From positions 1 through 45,125 of the IMG/VR virus record IMGVR_UViG_3300011443_000022: a DNA stretch of 45,125 bases. The stretch is one strand, 5' to 3'. Numbering within the stretch: the first letter of the stretch is position 1; each line of letters begins with the position of its first letter. This DNA comes from a virus. Lineage: Duplodnaviria; Caudoviricetes. Position numbers and translations under genes: made by a program. Shown in pieces: positions 33,975-42,336 of the stretch. Below the pieces are notes generated by a model, which was not told the origin of the DNA, did not search any database, and saw nothing but the letters and a program-made list of their open reading frames with translations.

Positions 33975-33986
33975 GACACTACTCCT

Positions 33987-34733
33987 TTACCCTGCCTCAA
34001 TACACGCCGTTTGAATCCGGCAGTACCCACACGGAAACTTATCCTTCAACGGATTAAACTCCCTTCTTACCTGCGAAATATCGTTCACAGTATCCACTAG
34101 ATACTTCACTTCCTCGCTCCTTATCTTCGCCTCATACTGATTCCCTTCATCCCGTGCAATATACCTCACAAAGAACTCAGGCAAATCCTCCGTTTGTTTA
34201 CCCCACTGGTGCTGCCCCTGCCGCCACAGCTTATTCGCCGCAGACCAATCCTGCACAGTACAGTGAAGTACCGCTCCCTCGCAGTCCGGCAACCCCATCA
34301 GATAACTCTGCATCTGCATGTAGTAGCCGGGGTCGCCTACCTCCACACCCAAACACAGTATCTTTATATACCCGTAGTATCCTAGGAATTTACTATCGAC
34401 AAGATACGTCTCTCCGTCTTTAGCAAGCCAGTCATACTCACCAGTCATAGGCGTACCCGGAATCTGGAACCTTTCGCCCGTACCCGCTGTTACCTCAAAC
34501 CCCGCTGCCTCATACACTCTCCGCAAGTACGGCTCTATCCCCTTACCCGCCTCCATCTTGATAATGTTATTATCGGGAGGAAAGTCAGTCGCAGGCATCT
34601 TCACACCCACACTCCACTGAGAACGAATACAGCCCCTTACCCCGCTAGGAGAAGGAGCATCATGCGGTGGAGCCTCTCGATATATCTTTTGTATAGCATT
34701 ACTCAGTCGTAAGTGTAATCCGATTTCATCCAT
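33987..34733 (-). CDS. Cas4-like PD-(D/E)XK exonuclease with Fe-S cysteines
   Basis: SPS...C.R, GEYD...LVDSK, QMQSY, CGYC.....C. Confidence 0.85.
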   Translation of the reverse strand: MDEIGLHLRLSNAIQKIYREAPPHDAPSPSGVRGCIRSQWSVGVKMPATDFPPDNNIIKMEAGKGIEPYLRRVYEAAGFEVTAGTGERFQIPGTPMTGEYDWLAKDGETYLVDSKFLGYYGYIKILCLGVEVGDPGYYMQMQSYLMGLPDCEGAVLHCTVQDWSAANKLWRQGQHQWGKQTEDLPEFFVRYIARDEGNQYEAKIRSEEVKYLVDTVNDISQVRREFNPLKDKFPCGYCRIQTACIEAG

Positions 34734-34763
34734 AAAACCTCTTTAACTTTTTAACAAAGGGGT

Positions 34764-34802
34764 AGGCGGGGGTGGAGAAAGGAGGAAAGCCACGCCCCGC
34801 CC
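34764..34802 (-). promoter_or_regulatory. GC-rich hairpin with anti-Shine-Dalgarno loop
   Basis: Minus RNA GGGCGGGG-C-GUGG [CUUUCCUCCUUUCU] CCAC-CCCCGCCU. Confidence 0.75.
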
Positions 34803-34817
34803 TGATGTAGAAATAGA

Positions 34818-35588
34818 CTAGCTGTTGAGGCTAACCGGCTTCAACGTACCATCTCCATTAACCTCCATGGGTAGAAGGTCAACAAGAGAACCATCTGCCG
34901 CAGCACCAATGAGATTCACTCCCTTAAATGTCGGCACAGACTTGACAAAGCTATCACCGAGAATAACATCGAAGACCTGAGAGGGTTGCTTGCCCGTCAG
35001 AATCTCGACCAGCTTAGCCTCAGTCGCACCATCATCCACAGCCACAGGCGTAGGAGATACCGCCACTCCATCCTCAGAATTCCTGCGAACAAGAATCCTC
35101 TTCTCCCCCCTGAACTGGTAGTCCGGCCCTCCAAGATGAGCAATCGGAACATTCACCCACGTCACCCGCTTCCCCTCAACCTTCCGCCCTTCAAAGACGA
35201 ATACCTGTCCGATAATTTCCTGAGACTTGGGGTTCCCCGGCCATACGGTAAACCCTCCGGGAATACCATCGGCTCGCGGACATTCGCGGAACGCCTTGGC
35301 TAGAATCGTCGGACGACTACCGGGGCCGTAAGGCTCTCCCGCATCGTTCTTCCACATCAGGCCAGCACCGCTGTAAGTCCCTGCCTCTGGAATATTCCCA
35401 TCTTCAAACACAGCGTCAAGCGCCTGTACTTCCAACGCCCACCATGCGTCCGGCACACCCCTTGCAGCAACCACCGCACTGTACTGTTCAGGCACAGTCG
35501 TCAGGTGGTTCGCGGTAACTCTACCAACGTGCGTCCGCTTCTGCTCTGGTGCATTTTCTGGGTCATAATTACTAGGGTCGTAACTCAA
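34818..35588 (-). CDS. Hypothetical protein (possible ssDNA-binding protein, by position only)
   Basis: Own promoter and GGAGG RBS, TTG start; heads the nuclease-ATPase cluster. Confidence 0.6.
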   Translation of the reverse strand: MSYDPSNYDPENAPEQKRTHVGRVTANHLTTVPEQYSAVVAARGVPDAWWALEVQALDAVFEDGNIPEAGTYSGAGLMWKNDAGEPYGPGSRPTILAKAFRECPRADGIPGGFTVWPGNPKSQEIIGQVFVFEGRKVEGKRVTWVNVPIAHLGGPDYQFRGEKRILVRRNSEDGVAVSPTPVAVDDGATEAKLVEILTGKQPSQVFDVILGDSFVKSVPTFKGVNLIGAAADGSLVDLLPMEVNGDGTLKPVSLNS

Positions 35589-35631
35589 TTAAACCTCCAT
35601 GAGTTGTAGAATGTGGAAGGATTTCTCTCCT

Positions 35632-35669
35632 CCCTATTATAGTATAACATATCGCCGCCGCATTGTCCA
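35632..35669 (-). promoter_or_regulatory. Sigma70-type promoter
   Basis: TGGACA-17-TATACT with TG extension; ATATGTYATACTATAA shared with the promoter at 44248-44286. Confidence 0.8.
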
Positions 35670-35671
35670 TC

Positions 35672-35974
35672 CTATTCTTCTTCCGTCGCCGGTCGGCGGC
35701 GCTGCATATACCAATTATGTGCTTGGCGGCGGCTCTCTAACACAACTTCCTCTGCATCTGGATACCTAGGTGCTATAGAATCTAACCACTCCTCCTCTTC
35801 TATTAGTCTCTTCATTAGTCTGTATTCTTTTTGGCTCGGAGGTTTGAACTTACCCTTCCGATTAAACTGCTTAGCCTTTCCGCAGAATTTACATATACCG
35901 AGTAGATACTTAGCCTTAGTCTTATCCGCAGATTGAATAAGCCAATGGTGGTCGCAGTCTGCTATTACCTTCAT
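35672..35974 (-). CDS. Hypothetical protein with probable Zn site
   Basis: CxHHW...CKFCG. Confidence 0.7.
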   Translation of the reverse strand: MKVIADCDHHWLIQSADKTKAKYLLGICKFCGKAKQFNRKGKFKPPSQKEYRLMKRLIEEEEWLDSIAPRYPDAEEVVLESRRQAHNWYMQRRRPATEEE

Positions 35975-37464
35975 CGCAGTGCAGCCAGTATATAATCCGG
36001 CCAGAGAGGACGGTTAAACTTCAATAGATTCCTCACATTAGAATCCAGAACATACGTCGCTCCCCAATCTGCCTCACTCCGCATAGCCCTACCAATCATC
36101 TGAGAAATCTGCATTACTGTCTGCGCTGCATAATCCTTCTTTCCGAATGGCCCATCGTTCATCCGTGCCGACACCAGCGGGTCACCTAGATATGGATAAG
36201 GAACCTTTGCGATGATGTTAACCCTGCATTGCTCATTAGGGAAATCCTCTCCTTCGCCAGCAGATGGGCTAAGTAGATACGTGCCTCTAGGGGCAGACCG
36301 GAACTGTTCAAATAGTCTCTGTCTATCCTCTCCCTGTTCACCGCAATGTAGTATAACATGTTCCCGGCCCAATGCACTGTAGATTGCGGCGGCTTGGGCA
36401 TTAGAGTTAACATGTATCATTCCTTTCTGGCCCGGATGCCTAGCCCATACCCCTTTAATATGTTCAGCCATCCGCATGTAATCCGCTTCACTCGTCCGTG
36501 CATTCATCGCCACTACCGGCTCGATATAAACAGGCCGTCTATCTACATTAAAGGGTGAGGGTAGGGAGATGAAGCTATACTGCTCCTCTGGTATCCCAAG
36601 CATATCAGCGAAGTGCTTCCCTCCGTAGAGAGTACCGCTCAAAAACACAACTTGCTCCGCTCTGATGGGTACATGTGTCAGCTTGGGCCACAGGGGGGAG
36701 AAGAACACCGTGCCACCCATAGAGTAGATAATATGTGGCTCCGCACTTTTTGCATACCACAATACACTCCGGGCCTTTCTCCTCATTTTCTGTCGCCACT
36801 TCTTATCTCCTACACTCTTATCTAACTCCAACATCTGCAACGCCCTAGCTGCACTCTCGCCCCACAGCGGCAGTGTATCCTCTACCGGCATACTATCTAG
36901 TCTCTCCCACTCCTCCCTTCTAACCTGTACCTGAAACAAATCGTCCAGTATATCCCGCAGCCTATGCGCCTCATCACATATCAGCACATCACACTCGCTC
37001 ACATCCCCGCTGGCAAACATAGTCTCCGCAAAGTAATACGCGTAACTAGTCACCACTAGCGGGTGAGCCTCAGCAATCCCTCTCTGTATATAATAAGGAC
37101 ATATACTTCGCACGGGACAGTTTATCCCATCAGTACACGGTGCATTCGCCGCAGTATCACTATTTGCCTCATCCCATACACAGGGAAAGTTACCCCTTCC
37201 CTTCATCGTTACCGCATGTGAGGAGAAGTCTCGCATGTATTGCTGCATGAGGCTGATGGTTCGTGTGAGAATCCTAACCCTAGCACCAGTTTGTTTTTGA
37301 TGGGCCACGGCGATGAGAGACTTACCCGTCCCTGTCGGACTTTCGATAGCAAGGAATGCTTCTTGCCCCTGCTCCATGTAGTTGAGAACTTCAAGCTGTA
37401 CGTCTCGAAAACCCGCATCATATCCCTCCAATCCTAGGCTAGAAGGGGTCAGTACGGGAAGCAA
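35971..37464 (-). CDS. DinG/XPD-family SF2 helicase
   Basis: SPTGTGKS, KGRGNFPC, Fe-S cysteines to CPYY, DEAH, LSGTL, EGEDF, KVPYP, QMIGRAMRS..DWG...LD. Confidence 0.93.
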   Translation of the reverse strand: MLPVLTPSSLGLEGYDAGFRDVQLEVLNYMEQGQEAFLAIESPTGTGKSLIAVAHQKQTGARVRILTRTISLMQQYMRDFSSHAVTMKGRGNFPCVWDEANSDTAANAPCTDGINCPVRSICPYYIQRGIAEAHPLVVTSYAYYFAETMFASGDVSECDVLICDEAHRLRDILDDLFQVQVRREEWERLDSMPVEDTLPLWGESAARALQMLELDKSVGDKKWRQKMRRKARSVLWYAKSAEPHIIYSMGGTVFFSPLWPKLTHVPIRAEQVVFLSGTLYGGKHFADMLGIPEEQYSFISLPSPFNVDRRPVYIEPVVAMNARTSEADYMRMAEHIKGVWARHPGQKGMIHVNSNAQAAAIYSALGREHVILHCGEQGEDRQRLFEQFRSAPRGTYLLSPSAGEGEDFPNEQCRVNIIAKVPYPYLGDPLVSARMNDGPFGKKDYAAQTVMQISQMIGRAMRSEADWGATYVLDSNVRNLLKFNRPLWPDYILAALR

Positions 37465-37699
37465 GTTCTGCCTGTAAATCTTCTATTAAACTTTCTATTT
37501 GAGCTATACCATCCTCGATAGCATAACCCGCCTGCTCCCCATTAACCACCATTAGCGCGTTCCACCCCGCACTCTCCTGCCGCCACAACATCTTAATAAT
37601 TGCTCGAAGATGGGGAGTTTCAAGTTGACAATAAAGTATCTCCTCTCCTTCTTTAGTTTCCCATGTATCACAGAAACAATCTTCATGCTGGATAGTCAA
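37439..37699 (-). CDS. Hypothetical protein
   Basis: AAGGAG RBS; W.TKEG...L...HL..II pattern. Confidence 0.7.
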   Translation of the reverse strand: MTIQHEDCFCDTWETKEGEEILYCQLETPHLRAIIKMLWRQESAGWNALMVVNGEQAGYAIEDGIAQIESLIEDLQAELASRTDPF

Positions 37700-38432
37700 G
37701 AAACTCCTTTACGCAATAAGGAAACAGTGGTTGAATCAACTCTCGTACCGCTATAGCATACTGCGTTATCTCATACTGTGCATCATGTTCTAACCTCTGC
37801 GCTAAGAAATGCAACACACTTTGCAAACTCGCCGTCCAATACCACGTAGTATACAAACCATACGCTGGAAGGAAAAGCCTAGCCTGTTCCGCCGAAATAC
37901 CACTAGCAATAGCCCATGAATAATTGTGTGTAGCCTGTGATTGTATCTTCTCCAACATTAAGTTCAACTCAGGAGTTAAAGGGGTTACTCCCTCCCCTCC
38001 CTGTTTATTCTTACCGCTCTGCTTGAACCATACATCAGGAACATAATACTCTGGCATATCATTAACATACCGCCTGCTTACTTCATTCCATCCCTCCATA
38101 GTATGATCACTCCCCACTACATACTTCCACCACTGACGCGCCACCATCAAGGGAGCCTTAACCTCAAACGTACATGAGGCGTGGCGAAAGGGAGAGCTAT
38201 GCCCATGCTCCTTCAAGTAACGTATCAGCTTAACATCACTCTCCCTTATCTTCTCCGTTCTTTTATTATAACTCACCCGCGCCGCATTGACAACAGATAC
38301 ATCACTACCCATGTAGTCTACCAGTCTAACATATCCCTTGTCAAGTACGTCGATAGCTAGGTCTGGGCCTACTTCACCAACCATGTATATTTCCCTAGCT
38401 GACTTGTAACCGCCATTTGTAGCATAAGACAA
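37683..38432 (-). CDS. thyX: Flavin-dependent thymidylate synthase
   Basis: VLDKGYVRLVD, NAARVSY, H.SPF, VARQWWKY (in place of RHR), NEVSRRY, EQARLFLP, AQYEI; true start may be internal. Confidence 0.93.
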   Translation of the reverse strand: MSYATNGGYKSAREIYMVGEVGPDLAIDVLDKGYVRLVDYMGSDVSVVNAARVSYNKRTEKIRESDVKLIRYLKEHGHSSPFRHASCTFEVKAPLMVARQWWKYVVGSDHTMEGWNEVSRRYVNDMPEYYVPDVWFKQSGKNKQGGEGVTPLTPELNLMLEKIQSQATHNYSWAIASGISAEQARLFLPAYGLYTTWYWTASLQSVLHFLAQRLEHDAQYEITQYAIAVRELIQPLFPYCVKEFLDYPA

Positions 38433-38569
38433 CTCCCGCAGTCCACGTTATTTGTACTCGCATGTATGCTGCGATATATATTCTGCAACACTCCGTTGAT
38501 TAGCATATCATAACGCTGTAAACTTATCTCAACAGGATCAAGAACTTTTATAGTGCGCTCTCTAACCAT
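38369..38569 (-). CDS. Hypothetical protein
   Basis: AAGGAGG upstream; fills a gap. Confidence 0.45.
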   Translation of the reverse strand: MVRERTIKVLDPVEISLQRYDMLINGVLQNIYRSIHASTNNVDCGSCLMLQMAVTSQLGKYTWLVK

Positions 38570-39141
38570 AAATTCAACGCCTCCTTTTCTCTGCGACTCC
38601 TCACACTCCCAATACTATCATTCACTACACTACTATCCGCACACAGTCGCGTCAACCTATGCCTTAGAGTATCGTCCTTGGTTTTACTAACAAACCCCAT
38701 TAACTCATTCAGTACCTCCCCTACTCTCCGCAAATTCCTATCCTTAATGTAATCATTCAACCTCTTCTCTTGCATATTCAGATACGTTTGGAACATACTC
38801 TCTCGCTTAGCCTGTTCCGCTGCGTTCTTCATCTCCCTGTCCCACTCTATCTGCTCCACCACCGCTTGCATTTCCGGGTCGTTTTCGGCTAAAGCAGTCG
38901 CTAACTCGTATCCCAACACCACAGCGGCATGTAACATGAGCCTGTGCAATGACGCGCCGTACGGCAGGCTCCTGTGATTCGCTAAGATTTGCAAGTTTTC
39001 TCGCAGTCTTGGCGGCATTGGAACGTGGACAGTTGCAGAGTTTCTTTCCTGAGGGAGAGAATGTTCCCCGTACCCTACGTCCATTAACCATGTTAAATCC
39101 GCATGAATAGCATCAACCGCTGTTTTAACCGCATCATCCAC
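38548..39141 (-). CDS. Possible ribbon-helix-helix-type regulator with coiled coil
   Basis: SATVHVPMPPRLRENLQILA...SLHRLMLHAA strand-helix-helix pattern. Confidence 0.45.
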   Translation of the reverse strand: MDDAVKTAVDAIHADLTWLMDVGYGEHSLPQERNSATVHVPMPPRLRENLQILANHRSLPYGASLHRLMLHAAVVLGYELATALAENDPEMQAVVEQIEWDREMKNAAEQAKRESMFQTYLNMQEKRLNDYIKDRNLRRVGEVLNELMGFVSKTKDDTLRHRLTRLCADSSVVNDSIGSVRSRREKEALNLWLESAL

Positions 39142-39950
39142 TATGCCTGCCCCTGCAACCAATCAATACGATGCTGGTCGAATGACGTAGTGTGCGCCAT
39201 TAAGAAATCTAGTTTACTAGGGAACGTCTGCGTTGCCCCGTTCGGCCATGTAACCGTATAGGGTTCCAGCGTCCACTGCGCCAGCTTTTCCAATGTCTGT
39301 GATTGTCGTTCTGTAAGTGCCAATTCATCCTCCGTACTAAAGTAACTATCGCGGAATGTGTTGAGGTCTACCGCCACCCCCTCCAACACTGTTGTATTCT
39401 GATACTGCTCCCCCATCAAATCGGCTATCTGCCATAAGCCATAAGGGGAGGTAGGAAAATCTATATCAGGGTTGCTATCATAAAAGGCGTTCCATAGATT
39501 CGGAAAACGCGCCTTCCATCGAGGGTCGTTCTTACTAGGTAGGGTATTCCAAAACCACTTCGCAGAATAAAGAGTATTACATATATGCCCCGACTCTATA
39601 CCTACATGCTGAGCTAACTCCGCCGCTCTCTCGTATGTAGTCCCTGCTATCTCCACATCCATAAACACCCATAGTAAACGTTCCCACTCATCACCGCAGT
39701 TTGCTTCGATCTTATTCATTTGAATTGGTAAACTCCACCAATCAGGAGGAGAGGCATTAACATAGGCACACGAAATTAATCCTGCCTCCCTAGCACAGCG
39801 TAGATTATTCTCACATACTGCCTTTATCCCCGGATTACCTGCTAACCCCCCCGTCCAAGCACACTGAACAAATACCTCATACCCCTCAGCTTTCCTATTC
39901 GCCGCCCACTGTGGAGTAATTTTACTAAACGATACGTCTATCCCCCTCAC
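39141..39950 (-). CDS. GH25-like muramidase (putative endolysin)
   Basis: GIDVS, FMDVE, LYS..WFW, LWNAFY, QYQ...VDLN. Confidence 0.8.
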   Translation of the reverse strand: MRGIDVSFSKITPQWAANRKAEGYEVFVQCAWTGGLAGNPGIKAVCENNLRCAREAGLISCAYVNASPPDWWSLPIQMNKIEANCGDEWERLLWVFMDVEIAGTTYERAAELAQHVGIESGHICNTLYSAKWFWNTLPSKNDPRWKARFPNLWNAFYDSNPDIDFPTSPYGLWQIADLMGEQYQNTTVLEGVAVDLNTFRDSYFSTEDELALTERQSQTLEKLAQWTLEPYTVTWPNGATQTFPSKLDFLMAHTTSFDQHRIDWLQGQA

Positions 39951-40198
39951 TCGTACACTACCTCTAACCTATCCACCACACTACACTTCGGTATAAGCAT
40001 AGGAGTATGCGCTGTCCTAACATCCTTCTGTCCACCAATTGAAGAAGCTAGTACAATCACATCCGCATCCTCATCCAATACAAATCCAATAGACTGACAT
40101 ACCATATCAGCCTTATAATCTGTCAGTATGTCCTCGACATCCGTCCATCCCATCTCTGGTGTGTGTGAATCAATCCACCGCACGTAACTAATATGCAT
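39947..40198 (-). CDS. Conserved phage hypothetical protein
   Basis: V.WIDS....GW, SIGFV..D....VLASS, IP..V pattern. Confidence 0.75.
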   Translation of the reverse strand: MHISYVRWIDSHTPEMGWTDVEDILTDYKADMVCQSIGFVLDEDADVIVLASSIGGQKDVRTAHTPMLIPKCSVVDRLEVVYE

Positions 40199-42336
40199 TA
40201 CTTAGTCTTTTCCCATCTATAACTCACGAACAAGTCTATCTCCATAGGTATTCCCTTAACAACTTCCCTTGCTGCCTTCATCATAGCATAACTAAGCACA
40301 TCCTTACTATGTTCTACGTCTACCTCATCGACCTCAGTGATAATCTCATCATGGCACTGGTGTATAATATCCTCCCGTGTCTCCTCATAAATATCCATAG
40401 CTTCCTTTGTCATATCCCCTACCGTACCTTGAATCGGAGAGTTCTTCGCCTGTCTCTCAGCGTGACTCCTCTTCACAGCATGGTCGCTCCATAAATCCGG
40501 CAGCTTCCTCCTTCTCCCATGCATAGTCTCACTGTAACCCAAAGAATATGCTAACTGTACCTGCCTGTCCAACCACTCATTCAATACAGGGTACGCCTGC
40601 TCGTGTGCTGCAAAAATCTCCATCGCCACACTCAACGGCATTCCCGTAACCTCGGCTAGTTTCTTCACTCCCCCACCATATAGCTTCTCGAAGTTCGCCG
40701 CCTTCGTCGCTACATACTGGCGCTCCGTATAGTCCCTACCATACAACCTCACCGCTAGTTCTTTATGCGGACTCCGCCCATCTTTGAACATCTGTAGTAG
40801 GTTCTCATCGCCCGACATTACCGCCGCGACTCTTAACTCCGCTCCGCTGTAATCCGCAATAACAAACTTCTTCCCCGGCCTAGCCCGAATCAACCTCCGC
40901 ATCGGAGCAGGAAAGTTCTGCCCATCACTCGAAATCCTACCCGTTTCAGTCCCATGAATTTTATATGTAAACTGTATATGCCCCGGCAGTAGCGGCTTTA
41001 AATACCGACTCCTCTGTAAAGTAATATCATTCCAATACAAGAGCAGCTTAGCCAACGGATGCTCACACGCTTCAAGCACACTCTTATCCACTGATTGTTT
41101 CTTAGTTTTTGTAGTGCGCTTCGGCAGTAATTGTATATGCATTTCTTTGAACGCCTGCCGCACCTGCTCGTCCGAGTTGGGATTCTCTACCCCACTGACC
41201 TGCCGTATCCGCTCCCTCAGTACATCTAGCTTAGCCTCTATCCCCTCACTGAGTACCTGTGCCCCTTCCGCATCCGTATCCATGCCAGCAAGCGTACAAC
41301 GCGCCAGAATGGGTATCAGCGGACGGTCAATACTCTCATACAGATGAGACTGGTATGGCTCTAACGTAAGAGCTTCGTGTAATCTCCACGTCAACACTGC
41401 ATCTTGTGCCGCGTTCTCAGCCCCGAACCCTAGCTCTTTACTACTTACTCCATGCAATCCAATCCTAGCCGCTGCCCCCTTCAACGACAAATCATCCTCG
41501 TCCTTCTCCCACAACTTAATCATCGTATCATGTGGGGGAGAATCGAACGTATACCTATCTCCTAAAACCACCATATCGTAGAGTGCGTGGTGCATGACAG
41601 CCACACCCACATGTGTTCTAATCTTTTCGCCAGTATAATCCCTCCAATCTATAACAGTAGCATCAGCCATACCGTTATAATGTCCACTATAATTAAGCAC
41701 CGCCACTCGTGAGTCTAGACTGTTGGTTTCAGTATCAATAGCCTCACTCAAACTTCGATAAGTAAGCGGCTGTACTGTGTTAAACTTAAACTCTTCTTTA
41801 GGGGCAGACTCCCTCCCGCCTGCTGCTAGGGAGAGCATGGCTAGTACCCCACCCACTAGCTCGGCGTATGCTCTGCGACTCCCTCTCTTCCTCATTATGT
41901 AAGAGGGGTGGAACATAGCGTAGCACTGTGCTTGCTTCTCTTCCGACCACATCACCCGCCCGTTCCTCTGTGTCTGGCTTCCTTTGAATCCTAGCCAGTC
42001 CGTTGCATATTTCCCGCAGCCAATAATAACGCTCGGCTTCCACTTCTCTACCTCCTGTTCTAGCTCCGATAAGCAAGCCGCTAGTTCCTCTTCAGTTGGG
42101 TCGTTCCTCTCCGCTGGCGGTACATACTTACACATATTCGAGATATAGTAGTTCTCTATACCTGCCTTATTCATCCACTCCCGCATCAACCGGCCACTCT
42201 GCCCTACGATTGGTCTACCTACCACTCCCTCTGTCCTACCCGGACATTGCAGGAGGAGCATAATACCGTTCTGTTTGGGAGTACCTACCCATTCTGCTCC
42301 AACGTATACGTTAGTTGGATGTACTACATTTCGCAA
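40198..42336 (-). CDS. polA: Family A DNA polymerase with N-terminal family-4 uracil-DNA-glycosylase-like domain (SPO1-type architecture)
   Basis: UDG: QCPG..E...GRPIVG.SG, N..K..P, FHPSY. Exo: DTET, YD, QDA. Pol: TGRISS, DYSGAELR, K..NF...YG, NSPIQG, HDE. Confidence 0.95.
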   Translation of the reverse strand: MRNVVHPTNVYVGAEWVGTPKQNGIMLLLQCPGRTEGVVGRPIVGQSGRLMREWMNKAGIENYYISNMCKYVPPAERNDPTEEELAACLSELEQEVEKWKPSVIIGCGKYATDWLGFKGSQTQRNGRVMWSEEKQAQCYAMFHPSYIMRKRGSRRAYAELVGGVLAMLSLAAGGRESAPKEEFKFNTVQPLTYRSLSEAIDTETNSLDSRVAVLNYSGHYNGMADATVIDWRDYTGEKIRTHVGVAVMHHALYDMVVLGDRYTFDSPPHDTMIKLWEKDEDDLSLKGAAARIGLHGVSSKELGFGAENAAQDAVLTWRLHEALTLEPYQSHLYESIDRPLIPILARCTLAGMDTDAEGAQVLSEGIEAKLDVLRERIRQVSGVENPNSDEQVRQAFKEMHIQLLPKRTTKTKKQSVDKSVLEACEHPLAKLLLYWNDITLQRSRYLKPLLPGHIQFTYKIHGTETGRISSDGQNFPAPMRRLIRARPGKKFVIADYSGAELRVAAVMSGDENLLQMFKDGRSPHKELAVRLYGRDYTERQYVATKAANFEKLYGGGVKKLAEVTGMPLSVAMEIFAAHEQAYPVLNEWLDRQVQLAYSLGYSETMHGRRRKLPDLWSDHAVKRSHAERQAKNSPIQGTVGDMTKEAMDIYEETREDIIHQCHDEIITEVDEVDVEHSKDVLSYAMMKAAREVVKGIPMEIDLFVSYRWEKTK

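Noticed and set aside
33987-37464. Cas4-like nuclease plus DinG as a type IV CRISPR-Cas system
   Set aside because: No repeat-spacer array and no Cas5/6/7-like genes were seen; both genes sit in a normal phage recombination/replication module
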